This document shows, in pieces, positions 1-8,951 of a DNA stretch of 64,000 nt. The DNA is taken from positions 2,164 to 66,163 of the forward strand of contig NZ_JANYGH010000024.1 of the NCBI RefSeq assembly GCF_025362475.1. The letters run 5' to 3'. The DNA comes from Mucilaginibacter sp. GTDB lineage: Bacteria; Bacteroidota; Bacteroidia; Sphingobacteriales; Sphingobacteriaceae. Both the position numbers and the translations under genes were made by a program. Numbering within the stretch: the stretch's first letter is position 1; every line of letters begins with the position of its first letter. The notes below the pieces were generated by a model. The model had not been told where the DNA came from, ran no database searches, and saw only the letters and a list, made by a program, of their open reading frames with translations.

Positions 1-190
1 TTTTAAAAACTTCGGTTGTTGTATCTGTAGATGCAAGCAGGTTTTTATCGATGGTTTTTATAGCAGCATCTGCAGTACTGATGTTGGCATTGATGGTATT
101 AATTACATTTGTATTGTAAATATATCCCATTACAACACCAGAAATAAGAGCTATAAAAATATAGAGCGTTAGTTTGCTTTTTTTTTGCAT
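1..190 (-). CDS. Dicarboxylate/amino acid:cation symporter (GltP/DctA-like), 5' part, truncated by window edge
   Basis: Manual translation from ATG at 190: MQKKSKLTLYIFIALISGVVMGYIYNTNV...; resembles the hydrophobic first TM of the DAACS family; not in ORF track. Confidence 0.6.
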   Translation of the reverse strand, partial: MQKKSKLTLYIFIALISGVVMGYIYNTNVINTINANISTADAAIKTIDKNLLASTDTTTEVFK

Positions 191-240
191 CGATTTTATT
201 GAGGGTGTAAAAGTACAAAATTTACTGTTTTAAGAGTTAT

Positions 241-329
241 GAATCAGGACACAAGAATCAAAGCTTTTAAATTAAGCCGGTTTGCTCGGGAAAAACTTGT
301 CCGTGGCTTAATTCTTGTCTCTTGATTCT
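241..329. repeat. Imperfect inverted repeat of GAATCAA-type heptamers
   Basis: GAATCAGGACACAAGAATCAAAG ... TTCTTGTCTCTTGATTC with inner AATTAAGCC/GGCTTAATT pairing; same unit as 37337-37413. Confidence 0.7.
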
Positions 330-360
330 AATTAGTATTTTGCCCAACTTTTAACACAGT

Positions 361-888
361 ATGACGGTTACCACTTACGGATTACAGCACATAAAAAAAG
401 AAATTCAGCACATGCCGCTTGAGCAGTTGTCTGAGTTAATTCTTCGTTTGGCCCGTTATAAAAAAGAAAACAAAGAGTTGCTGGCTTATTTATTATTTGA
501 GGCATATGACGAAACCGCCTTTCTTGAAAAAGTGAAAGCTGAGGCTGGGTTTATGTTTAGCCAGTTACCGGCTTTAAGTTACCATGCAGCTAAGGGCATG
601 CGTAAAATTTTACGGTTACTCAGCAAATACACTAAATTTACAGGATCAAAAGGGGCCGAAATAGAATTGTTACTGAACTTTTGCAGCAATTACCTTGAAT
701 ATGCCGATAGGCGTACATCCTACAAACCTATCCGCTTAATTTTGACAAGAACAGTAGAGAAAATAAAAACGCTGATAAACAAGTTGCATGAAGATCTTCA
801 ATTTGATTACGCTGAGAATTACAACAATTTAATCACCGATGCAGAAAAAAAACTTTCCTGGTTTAAAAAGAGTGATTACTTGTTGTAA
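361..888 (+). CDS. Hypothetical protein (175 aa)
   Basis: Full ORF upstream of ECF sigma gene; no recognised motif. Confidence 0.75.
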   Translation: MTVTTYGLQHIKKEIQHMPLEQLSELILRLARYKKENKELLAYLLFEAYDETAFLEKVKAEAGFMFSQLPALSYHAAKGMRKILRLLSKYTKFTGSKGAEIELLLNFCSNYLEYADRRTSYKPIRLILTRTVEKIKTLINKLHEDLQFDYAENYNNLITDAEKKLSWFKKSDYLL

Positions 889-933
889 CATATTTAACCA
901 TCGTCAATCTAAACTATAAAAAATCTATTAATT

Positions 934-1431
934 GTGGCCAACAAAGAAGCAGCGTTCAAGCAAATATATGAAGCTAATTCTAAAAAGATATTCCATTTGT
1001 GCTATGGTTATACCGGCGATGATGATGCCGCGAATGATCTTTTACAGGAAACCTTTTTAAAAGTATGGCAAAACCTCGACAAATTCCGCAACCAGGCCAT
1101 GATCTCCACCTGGATATATCGCATTGCTGTAAACACGTGTTTAACCTACCTGCGATCGGAAAAGCGACAGGCAAAAGACGAACTTACTGATCAAATAGCT
1201 GAAACTAAGCGAGAGGAATTTTCTGAAAAGAATGAGCAGGTTGCTTTACTATATAAGTGTATATCAAAATTAGAAGAATCAGAAAGAATAATCATAACAT
1301 TGGTACTCGACGAAGTACCCTACCCCGAAATAGCAGATGTTTCGGGCATATCGGAAGGAAATTTGAGGGTGAAAATTTATCGTATAAAACAAAAGTTAAC
1401 AGAATTATATAACCAGTATGAAAGACTTTGA
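934..1431 (+). CDS. ECF RNA polymerase sigma-70 factor
   Basis: DLLQETFLKVW, STWIYRIAVN (region 2), YPEIADVSGISEGNLRVKIYRIK (region 4); GTG start. Confidence 0.92.
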   Translation: MANKEAAFKQIYEANSKKIFHLCYGYTGDDDAANDLLQETFLKVWQNLDKFRNQAMISTWIYRIAVNTCLTYLRSEKRQAKDELTDQIAETKREEFSEKNEQVALLYKCISKLEESERIIITLVLDEVPYPEIADVSGISEGNLRVKIYRIKQKLTELYNQYERL

Positions 1432-2008
1432 TCATTTGATGTCGGTTTGGCAGGGACAGCCAAAGCAAGATCAGCTTTCAGTGGATGAGGTGCTGAAGCA
1501 GGTAAAGAAGGGGATTCGCAGCATAACTAATAAGTTGTACTGGACTATAGTGGCTATGGTGGCTATCACCATATTTGCAGCCATTGTTACATTTTTTCTG
1601 GCATTTAAGTCGGGAGTTACTACGGCGGGTATATTAATTGTATTGGTTACCATGCTCATGTACCTTTCATTAACTGTAAGGCATTATCATATACTCAGCA
1701 AGCGCGATGCAACAATAAATCCAGCTGAGTACCTTGAAAGCTTAAAGGAATACCAAAAAAACCGGTCGAAAGTTATCGGCTGGTTCTATTACATTTATAT
1801 ATTGATGATAAGTGCCGGGCTTGCGCTTTACTTTATTGAAGTATTGGAAAGTTCATCGCTGATATTTAAAATAGTCACTTATGGCTCCATTATCATTTGG
1901 TTTTTATTCACTACGTTTTATTTAAAGCCAAGAATGTTTAAGAACGAGGAAGAAAAACTTAACCTGATGATAGATCGCCTGGTACGCCTGAAAGAACAAT
2001 TTGATTAA
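1418..2008 (+). CDS. Membrane protein, putative anti-sigma factor
   Basis: Overlaps the sigma stop; short N-terminal domain then about 4 hydrophobic segments. Confidence 0.7.
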   Translation: MKDFDHLMSVWQGQPKQDQLSVDEVLKQVKKGIRSITNKLYWTIVAMVAITIFAAIVTFFLAFKSGVTTAGILIVLVTMLMYLSLTVRHYHILSKRDATINPAEYLESLKEYQKNRSKVIGWFYYIYILMISAGLALYFIEVLESSSLIFKIVTYGSIIIWFLFTTFYLKPRMFKNEEEKLNLMIDRLVRLKEQFD

Positions 2009-2014
2009 TTATTA

Positions 2015-2566
2015 TTGTACCGAAATTTTCATTTTAAAATGACGGACAATTCTATTACACTTCAAAAAGTAACCGCGGCTGATGTTGACACCTTGCTGAC
2101 CATTAGCAGGGATACATTCTTCTATTTTTTTGCTCCGCTGAATAAGGCTGACGATATGGAAGCCTATGCAGTTAAAGCATTTACTACAGAACGAATACGC
2201 GCCGAGATCGAAAACTCCGGCTCTCAATTTTACTTTGCGCTGTTTAACGGCCAAATAGCCGGTTACCTTAAATTGAATTTTGGCGATGCCCAAACTGAAT
2301 TTAAAGAGCCCGATGCCCTTGAAGTAGAACGCATTTATGTATCAAAAGAGTTTCATGGTAAAAAGATTGGCCAGGTGCTTTTAAATTTCGCTATTAAAAC
2401 GGCAGTTGATCATCATTTTAAATACATCTGGCTTGGTGTTTGGGAACACAATCATAACGCCATCGGCTTTTATGAACACCATGGCTTTAAGGTATTTAGC
2501 AATCATGAGTTTTTATTAGGAAATGATTTGCAGAACGACCTGTTAATGAAGAAGGAATTAGCCTGA
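2015..2566 (+). CDS. GNAT N-acetyltransferase (PaiA-like)
   Basis: EVERIYV..FHGKKIGQVL, IWLGVWEHNHNAIGFYEHHGF. Confidence 0.88.
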   Translation: MYRNFHFKMTDNSITLQKVTAADVDTLLTISRDTFFYFFAPLNKADDMEAYAVKAFTTERIRAEIENSGSQFYFALFNGQIAGYLKLNFGDAQTEFKEPDALEVERIYVSKEFHGKKIGQVLLNFAIKTAVDHHFKYIWLGVWEHNHNAIGFYEHHGFKVFSNHEFLLGNDLQNDLLMKKELA

Positions 2567-2574
2567 AAAGCATT

Positions 2575-3273
2575 TTACTTCCCCTGATTGATCAACATAT
2601 ACATTACCTGCTCCCTTAATTGCCTGCTAATAGGGATTTGGTATTGCCCAACATTTAAAGTATTCCCCTCAATGGAGCTAACCTTATTGTAAGCAACGAT
2701 ATAGGATTTATGTGTTTGCAGAAACCTGCTTTGTGGCAGCTTATCGGCAAACGCTTTTAACGTACTATGGGTGATGATCTTTTTATTAAGGGTTTGTATC
2801 ACCACATAATTTTCCATGCCCTGCACAAAAAACACTTCATCAAAAATAACTTTCTCCAGTTTGCCTTCGCTTTTTACAAACAGGTAACCAGCCTCGCTCC
2901 CATTACTTTTTTGGTCAAAATAATCTTTAGCCTTAAAGGCAGCCTTCATGAAGCGTTCAAAAGAAATAGGCTTAAGCAGGTAATCCAGTATATCCAGGTC
3001 GAAACCATCGGTGGCATATTCTTTAAAAGCGGTAGTAAATATCACCTTTGGCGGATTTTGAAGTGACTTTAAAAAATCCACACCCGTTAAATGCGGCATT
3101 TGGATATCCAGAAAAAGCAGGTCGACCGGTTGTTGCTTCAACACATTGCTCAGCTCCATGGCATCTTCGCATTGGGCTTTCAGATCAAAAAAGCCTGCTT
3201 TTTCTATATATCCCTGCAGGCCTTTTCTTGCAAAAGGTTCATCATCGGTTATAATACAATTAATCCGGCCCAT
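2575..3273 (-). CDS. LytTR-family response regulator
   Basis: Receiver (DDE, FLDIQMP, LLKP) plus LytTR domain (FLQTHKSYIV). Confidence 0.93.
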   Translation of the reverse strand: MGRINCIITDDEPFARKGLQGYIEKAGFFDLKAQCEDAMELSNVLKQQPVDLLFLDIQMPHLTGVDFLKSLQNPPKVIFTTAFKEYATDGFDLDILDYLLKPISFERFMKAAFKAKDYFDQKSNGSEAGYLFVKSEGKLEKVIFDEVFFVQGMENYVVIQTLNKKIITHSTLKAFADKLPQSRFLQTHKSYIVAYNKVSSIEGNTLNVGQYQIPISRQLREQVMYMLINQGK

Positions 3274-3277
3274 CCTA

Positions 3278-4303
3278 TTAAAATTTCAATTCAACTTCGG
3301 CTATAAACCTATTTTCATGCCGGTTAACAACCAGCTTATTTTTATCGGGATAAAGTAATTGCAGGCGTCTTTTCAAATTTTCCAGCCCTATACCGGTATA
3401 ATTATCTTTGGCTTGTATTTGTGCCGGCACGTCATTATCAACAACAAAAATAAATACGCCATCTGTAATTTTTGCCGTGATATTAATTTCGTAGTCGCCG
3501 CCTGCATACTTAAACGCATTCTCAACCAATGGCAATAACAGCAATGGATATATTGACTGATCGGTCAGCTTCGTATCAAAACAAACATTTAAGCACAGCT
3601 TATTGCTTGCCCTTATTTTTTGAAACTCAATATAATTTTGCAGGTATTCCAATTCCTGCCTTATGGGTACCTGCTGTTGCTGATCATAAAGTTGATACCT
3701 AAGCAAACTGGAAAGCAATTCGGTACTCTTTTTGGCCGCCGGCACATCCTCATCCATCTGAAAATAAATGGTATTTAAAGCATTAAACAAAAAGTGCGGA
3801 TGATATTGGGCTTTCAAAAACTTAAGTTCGGTTTCCAACTGATCGGTAGTCAACTTTTCCAGTTGTACCTTGTTGGCAATGTAGGCCTTTAACCATGTGC
3901 TGCTACGCGCTATGCCATAATAAATAATGGCATATAAGGTTGGTATCATGGTGAGGTCTGCCAGATCACCCCAGGATAGGCCGTCGTCAGTCAATGCAGC
4001 CATTGGAGTAAATATCAGGTTCACCAAAACCAGGTTAGCAAACACCAGTATAATTAATTCTCTTACTACTCCCCTATAATTAAATTGCAGTGGCCAGCGC
4101 CTGTCATAAAACCGAAAGAGCCACTCAAATATATATATGCCTGCATAGCCCACCAATACACTGCAACTCATTTCAAGAACATTTAAACCCCAGTCTCTTT
4201 TCCAAAACATTTCATCATGTTCAGTGTCATGCAGCAGCCTTACGGTAAAATATACCAGCAGGCCATACAACGCGGGGGAAATATATTTCCGAAAGAATTT
4301 CAT
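3278..4303 (-). CDS. LytS/YehU-type sensor histidine kinase
   Basis: LKAQYHPHFLFNALNTI, LLPLVENAFKY, GIGLENLKRRL; N-terminal TMs. Confidence 0.92.
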   Translation of the reverse strand: MKFFRKYISPALYGLLVYFTVRLLHDTEHDEMFWKRDWGLNVLEMSCSVLVGYAGIYIFEWLFRFYDRRWPLQFNYRGVVRELIILVFANLVLVNLIFTPMAALTDDGLSWGDLADLTMIPTLYAIIYYGIARSSTWLKAYIANKVQLEKLTTDQLETELKFLKAQYHPHFLFNALNTIYFQMDEDVPAAKKSTELLSSLLRYQLYDQQQQVPIRQELEYLQNYIEFQKIRASNKLCLNVCFDTKLTDQSIYPLLLLPLVENAFKYAGGDYEINITAKITDGVFIFVVDNDVPAQIQAKDNYTGIGLENLKRRLQLLYPDKNKLVVNRHENRFIAEVELKF

Positions 4304-4312
4304 ATCATTAAA

Positions 4313-5536
4313 TTACAAGTCACATGCAGCAAGCGTTACAACCGGTTTTACTTCTTTAAGATCCATTTTCGTTACAGAATCGGCTTTATCCTTTGGTTTC
4401 ATGCCGAATAAAAAACGGGTTAAAGCATAGGGGCGTACCAATAAATGATAAATAAGAACCGTTATAAAAAAGGTGATCCCAACGGTATAAATATACTTAG
4501 ATAGGATGCTTTCGTTAGGTACCTGCACAATATAATAAACTATTAAAACTATTACCGTTTGGTGCAGAATATAAAAAGGATAAACGGCCTGGTTTAAATA
4601 GTTTAATGCTTTATGCGTACGGTTAAGGTATTGCTTGCCATAGCCAACCAGTGCCAACACCCATCCCCATGCAATTATTGGCCTTAAAGCAGTAAAAGCA
4701 TAGCTAAAGAGCACATTTTGAAAAGGCCAGCGGGCCTCACCGGGTTCAATTCCATTCCACCTTAAACATTCCCATAACATCAGGCTCAAAAAGCCAATGG
4801 TTAAAGCAAAGCGGCGGTTTCGTTGCAGGCTATCCATCAGTTTCGGCTGCACAATGCATATGAAACCCGCCAAAACAAAAAACAACCAGTAAACAAAATA
4901 GCAGCCATCATGTACCAGGTCATTGGTTTCGGGCAATTGCCAGCTCAATAAGGTAAACCAGACTACACCGGGCAGCATTAAAAGGTAAACCCATTTTCCG
5001 TTGGCTAATACAGCAAGCTTTTGTTTAAAACCATCACTTTTAGCTGATACCATCCAGGCAAATAGAGGGGCAAACATTAAATCGTAAATAAGCAGATATG
5101 CGATAAACCACAGGTGATGCCAGCTAAAACTGCCTTTAGGATAAGGTATAAAATTAAATACCGTTGGATAAAAATCCAAAAAGCTTCCTTTGTATCCATG
5201 CGCCAGCCGCTCCATATAGATCTGGGGTGGCACAATGATAAACATGCCCACCAAAAGCGGTATGAACAGCCTGCGGAAGCGTAAACCGATGAAGTTTAAA
5301 GTAGATCGCCGCTGCATCATGTAGTAACTCACAGTACCAGAAATAAAAAAGAGCAGCGGCATGCGAAAAAGGTGCAAAAAATGATTTGATTCCATCAGTA
5401 AGTTACTGGTCTCCGCATTTTTAATATGCCATCCATCTTCGGCAACATAAGGCATGGCCGAGTGAAAAAATAATACCCCCAGTATGGATAAGATCCTTAA
5501 CCAATCCAGGTAAGTTTGACGTTGTGTGGTTTCCAT
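4313..5536 (-). CDS. Acyltransferase-3 family membrane protein (OpgC/MdoC-like)
   Basis: LDWLRIL, FRMPLLFFISG, HHLWFIAYL, YPFYILHQTVI; about 10 TMs. Confidence 0.85.
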   Translation of the reverse strand: METTQRQTYLDWLRILSILGVLFFHSAMPYVAEDGWHIKNAETSNLLMESNHFLHLFRMPLLFFISGTVSYYMMQRRSTLNFIGLRFRRLFIPLLVGMFIIVPPQIYMERLAHGYKGSFLDFYPTVFNFIPYPKGSFSWHHLWFIAYLLIYDLMFAPLFAWMVSAKSDGFKQKLAVLANGKWVYLLMLPGVVWFTLLSWQLPETNDLVHDGCYFVYWLFFVLAGFICIVQPKLMDSLQRNRRFALTIGFLSLMLWECLRWNGIEPGEARWPFQNVLFSYAFTALRPIIAWGWVLALVGYGKQYLNRTHKALNYLNQAVYPFYILHQTVIVLIVYYIVQVPNESILSKYIYTVGITFFITVLIYHLLVRPYALTRFLFGMKPKDKADSVTKMDLKEVKPVVTLAACDL

Positions 5537-5591
5537 AAAGTTTTTCTTTTTTTATCAAAAGAAACAACTCAAACTGCCGCTATAAAATTAG

Positions 5592-5626
5592 TTTGACCAA
5601 TGGTATTAATGCTTTGACCAATGGTA
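5592..5626 (-). promoter_or_regulatory. Putative LytTR operator (direct repeat, 21-bp period)
   Basis: TTTGACCAATGGTA at 5592-5605 and 5613-5626, upstream of the acyltransferase-HK-LytTR operon. Confidence 0.65.
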
Positions 5627-5708
5627 AAAATTCCACTGAGGCAACCAATCGCAAAGCCGGCCTCCTCCCGCTTTCTCTATCAAAACAACAGCGGAGGCAG
5701 GTTAGTAT

Positions 5709-6893
5709 TCAGTCTTTCAAAAACGGATTGAAATTCCTTGTGCCAATTTCCATTCCGGCTGCCCGGCAAACTGTTTTATCGCCAAACTTAAAGTTGATAT
5801 TATCCATAGCCTGGTAAAGCCTGATGCGCTCTTCATTATCCTCAAACAGGTTAATCTGGTATTTCCCGGTACATAAATCACTTAATTTAATCCCTATCAA
5901 CCTGATGGGCCGGTGTTGATTCCAGGCTTTTTTAAGTAGATTTTTTACGCCGGGCAGTAATATATGCTCGGCTGCAGTAAAGGCTATTTTTTGTTGTTGC
6001 GTGTGTGTTTCAAAATTAGCATAACGGATCTTGATGGCTACGCACGAAGCGAGCTTATCCTCCCGGCGCAGTTTGGATGATAATTCTTCTGTCATAGATA
6101 CCAGGATGGTTTCTAACGTACGCAGGTCATTCACATTTACATCAAATGTGTGCTCGATAGATATAGATTTACGATCGCTATGCGGAATGATCTCACTGTG
6201 ATCAATACCATGGGCCTTTTCCCACAGATAAGTGCCCGCTTTACCAAAAACCGTTTCCAGGAAACGAATATTGGTACGTTGCAGGTCGCCAATTTTTTCA
6301 ATGCCGTACTGATACAATTTTTGGCTGGTGCTTTCACCCAGGCCGGGGATTTTGCCGATTGGCAGCGGGGCCAGAAATTGTATTTCTTCCCCGTGTTTAA
6401 TATAAAGCTGGCCGTTAGGTTTAGAGGCATTAGTAGCCATTTTAGCTACCGTTTTGCCAGATGCCATACCAAATGAGATAGGTAACCCTGTTTCCCTGAT
6501 CACCCTTTGGCGCAGATTACACGCTATCTGGTAACAATCATAAAAACGATCCATCCCGGTGAGGTCGATATAAAACTCATCAACGGACGACTTTTGGTAA
6601 AGCGGCACCGAGTCCCGGATAATCTCCGTTACCTCACGTGATGCCTCTGAATAGCGCCCATGCGTACCATGAACTATAATAGCATGCGGACAAAGCTTCA
6701 TAGCCTGTTTCATAGGCATGGCAGAGTGAATACCAAATTTACGCGCCTCATAACTGCATGAAGCCACTACTCCCCTTTCTGCCGAGCCGCCAATAAGCAC
6801 AGGCTTGCCAATGAGCGCCGGATTAAATTTGCGCTCCACAGATACAAAAAATGAATCTAGATCGATATGTACGATATGCCGCTTTTGATCCAT
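5709..6893 (-). CDS. dinB: DNA polymerase IV
   Basis: HIDLDSFFVSVE, ASCSYEARKFGIHSAMP, SVDEFYID, KMATNASKPNG. Confidence 0.95.
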   Translation of the reverse strand: MDQKRHIVHIDLDSFFVSVERKFNPALIGKPVLIGGSAERGVVASCSYEARKFGIHSAMPMKQAMKLCPHAIIVHGTHGRYSEASREVTEIIRDSVPLYQKSSVDEFYIDLTGMDRFYDCYQIACNLRQRVIRETGLPISFGMASGKTVAKMATNASKPNGQLYIKHGEEIQFLAPLPIGKIPGLGESTSQKLYQYGIEKIGDLQRTNIRFLETVFGKAGTYLWEKAHGIDHSEIIPHSDRKSISIEHTFDVNVNDLRTLETILVSMTEELSSKLRREDKLASCVAIKIRYANFETHTQQQKIAFTAAEHILLPGVKNLLKKAWNQHRPIRLIGIKLSDLCTGKYQINLFEDNEERIRLYQAMDNINFKFGDKTVCRAAGMEIGTRNFNPFLKD

Positions 6894-6903
6894 GAAACAA
6901 AAA

Positions 6904-6940
6904 TGCTAATAAATTTTGCATTTTACTAATTTAATTAGCA
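6904..6940. promoter_or_regulatory. Two tandem CTAA-N5-TTAG palindromes (putative SOS boxes)
   Basis: TGCTAATAAATTTTGCA (6904-6920, one mismatch) and TACTAATTTAATTAGCA (6924-6940) between dinB and the divergent gene. Confidence 0.7.
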
Positions 6941-6961
6941 TTTTTGAAAACACAAAAACAC

Positions 6962-7591
6962 ATGATTATGCGGATGTATGAGGACTATCTGATGCTGCTA
7001 TCACCGCCCGAAACGGTGAAACAGGAAATTGCCCGCTACAAAAAAGCATCGGCAAAACTTATAGGTGATTTCAAGAGCATGGATTCGCCGGCACATATCT
7101 CTATTATGCACATGGAACGCCAGAAGCCGTTTATGGAAGATAGAAGTATGCAGATGATGGAAAGCAGCTTAGCGGCACTCCCTCCTGTGCTGCTGCATGT
7201 AGATGGGTTTAACTATTTCCCTCACCTGCATAACAAAATGACCATTTACGCCCATATCCGTTCTACACCATCGGTTGAGCAGTGGTTCAGGCATTTAAAG
7301 GCCGTTCTGAAGATTAAAAAAACACTTTTGCCCCATATTACTATTGCCAGGAATATCCCGGAGGATGACTTTAATATCCTTTGGCCAAACTTTAGGCAAA
7401 GGCACATGGTAGAACCATTTTGGATCAACGAATTAAAAGTTAAAAAACGCGAAACTTTTGGCTATTCGCCCAAATGGGAAGATTTTAAAACATTCCGATT
7501 TAAAAACCCCATTGGGTTTGAGCATCAAATTGATACACTTATTAAAAAACATATTCAACCGGGAAATCAAAATCAAATCAATCTTTTTTAA
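6962..7591 (+). CDS. 2H phosphoesterase / 2'-5' RNA ligase family protein
   Basis: Two HxS/T motifs (PAHISI, LPHITI); ATG 6962 preferred to TTG 6944. Confidence 0.8.
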   Translation: MIMRMYEDYLMLLSPPETVKQEIARYKKASAKLIGDFKSMDSPAHISIMHMERQKPFMEDRSMQMMESSLAALPPVLLHVDGFNYFPHLHNKMTIYAHIRSTPSVEQWFRHLKAVLKIKKTLLPHITIARNIPEDDFNILWPNFRQRHMVEPFWINELKVKKRETFGYSPKWEDFKTFRFKNPIGFEHQIDTLIKKHIQPGNQNQINLF

Positions 7592-7667
7592 ACCTAAACC
7601 TTATTACTACCATTTAAACCTTATCCCTACCATTATTTATTTTATTACTTAACCCTAAAATCACAAA

Positions 7668-8201
7668 ATGAAAAAAGTTCACTTAACACTGATGTTATTA
7701 GCCGGCCTTACAACATCAGTACTGGCCCAAAAATTAGAGAAACCTGAAATTGACAAGATCAAAGGCGATACAACCTGGAGAACTTCAGATGAGCGTATCT
7801 ATACCCAGCTTGGCCTTGTTACGGGGCGCTTGCTTTACGTGTACACACAAAAAATAGGCAAAAGCTATGTGCTTGCATTCAGATTAGATAATGTGAACGG
7901 CCCGCGTGTATTTTCGATAGGTCCGGCTGACATAACCAACATTAAATTTACCGATAACAGCGTTCTTGACCTTTCACCAACTGTTGGCGGCGATCCTCAT
8001 GTAAGTTATAATACGGAGGCCAACCGGGTTATTACCCTGATATATTACGATCTGGCAAAAGAAGATATAGAGACTTTAAAAACAAAGTCGATATCAATTA
8101 TCCGGATTGCGACCGAAGGCGCCGGAAACTTCGATTATGAGATAAAACCTAAAAATTCAAATCTGGTAAAAAAAGATCTGGAGTTAATATTGACAAAGTA
8201 A
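7668..8201 (+). CDS. Secreted hypothetical protein
   Basis: Signal peptide MKKVHLTLMLLAGLTTSVLA-Q; no recognised domain. Confidence 0.75.
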   Translation: MKKVHLTLMLLAGLTTSVLAQKLEKPEIDKIKGDTTWRTSDERIYTQLGLVTGRLLYVYTQKIGKSYVLAFRLDNVNGPRVFSIGPADITNIKFTDNSVLDLSPTVGGDPHVSYNTEANRVITLIYYDLAKEDIETLKTKSISIIRIATEGAGNFDYEIKPKNSNLVKKDLELILTK

Positions 8202-8267
8202 AGCAATCAGCCACAATGATGGCTTTGAAATCGTAGGTGTTTGGAAGATATAAAAAGGCGGGGCAAT

Positions 8268-8395
8268 GTGCGATTCCTTCCTCGGGGGAAGGAGGAGGTA
8301 GGGGTTAAATCAGGCGTTCAAGCACCGTTGTATGAGGCATGTCGCCCCCCTCCCTACCATTGTGCACTTTTTAACCCCACCCTGCCATTTGGAGA
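8268..8395. repeat. Degenerate G-run/C-run REP-like palindrome
   Basis: CCTTCCTCGGGGGAAGG hairpin, GGAGGTAGGGG ... CCCCCCTCCCTACC; GC-rich patch in an AT-rich spacer. Confidence 0.4.
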
Positions 8396-8498
8396 GAATT
8401 AAAGGACTGTTAACAAACCTTACGAACACTGATGATTTGAAATCCATCCTTATGAAAAATATTGCCCTCGTATTTTAAAACGTTTTCACATATATACA

Positions 8499-8534
8499 AT
8501 AACAAATGCGGCTGAAATAAGCCGCATTTGTTAT
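8499..8534. terminator. Bidirectional intrinsic terminator-like hairpin
   Basis: 15-bp perfect stem ATAACAAATGCGGCT/AGCCGCATTTGTTAT. Confidence 0.7.
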
Positions 8535-8753
8535 CATCTTTTCTCTTTGTTCACACCGGATTCTCTCCAAGTAAATCATCCTAATCATACAAAGGCTCCT
8601 AAATAATCCCAGAAATGGAGTTTAAGGAAATAATAAAACATGATACACTTTCATCAAATGGTATTTTATTGGCGCAATTGAAAAACTATCAGCTTCACTA
8701 TCAGTAGCTAAGCTTTTTTTAACAATTTATTAACCAAAAACGTATCATTTTTC

Positions 8754-8761
8754 TATATTTG
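8754..8761 (+). promoter_or_regulatory. Bacteroidetes -7 promoter element for SRP RNA
   Basis: TATATTTG (TAnnTTTG) 5 nt upstream of the RNA. Confidence 0.75.
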
Positions 8762-8766
8762 CGCCG

Positions 8767-8862
8767 GGGTAAGTCTTTTACGGCCAGCTCCTCTTGAACT
8801 CCCCCAGGGTGGGAACACAGCAAGGGTAGAGAGTTGAGCGGCGCGATAAAAGTAGCTTACCC
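8767..8862 (+). ncRNA. ffs: Small bacterial SRP RNA (4.5S)
   Basis: Long hairpin GGGTAAG...CTTACCC with helix-8 signature CAGG-GTG-GGAA-CAC-AGCA; T-run follows. Confidence 0.9.
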
Positions 8863-8951
8863 TTTTTTATTTTTCTATTTTTGCCAATTGGCAACAGGCT
8901 TAAAACCTTTCCACAGGTTTTGCATTCTATCAAAGTCTTAATATAAATTAA

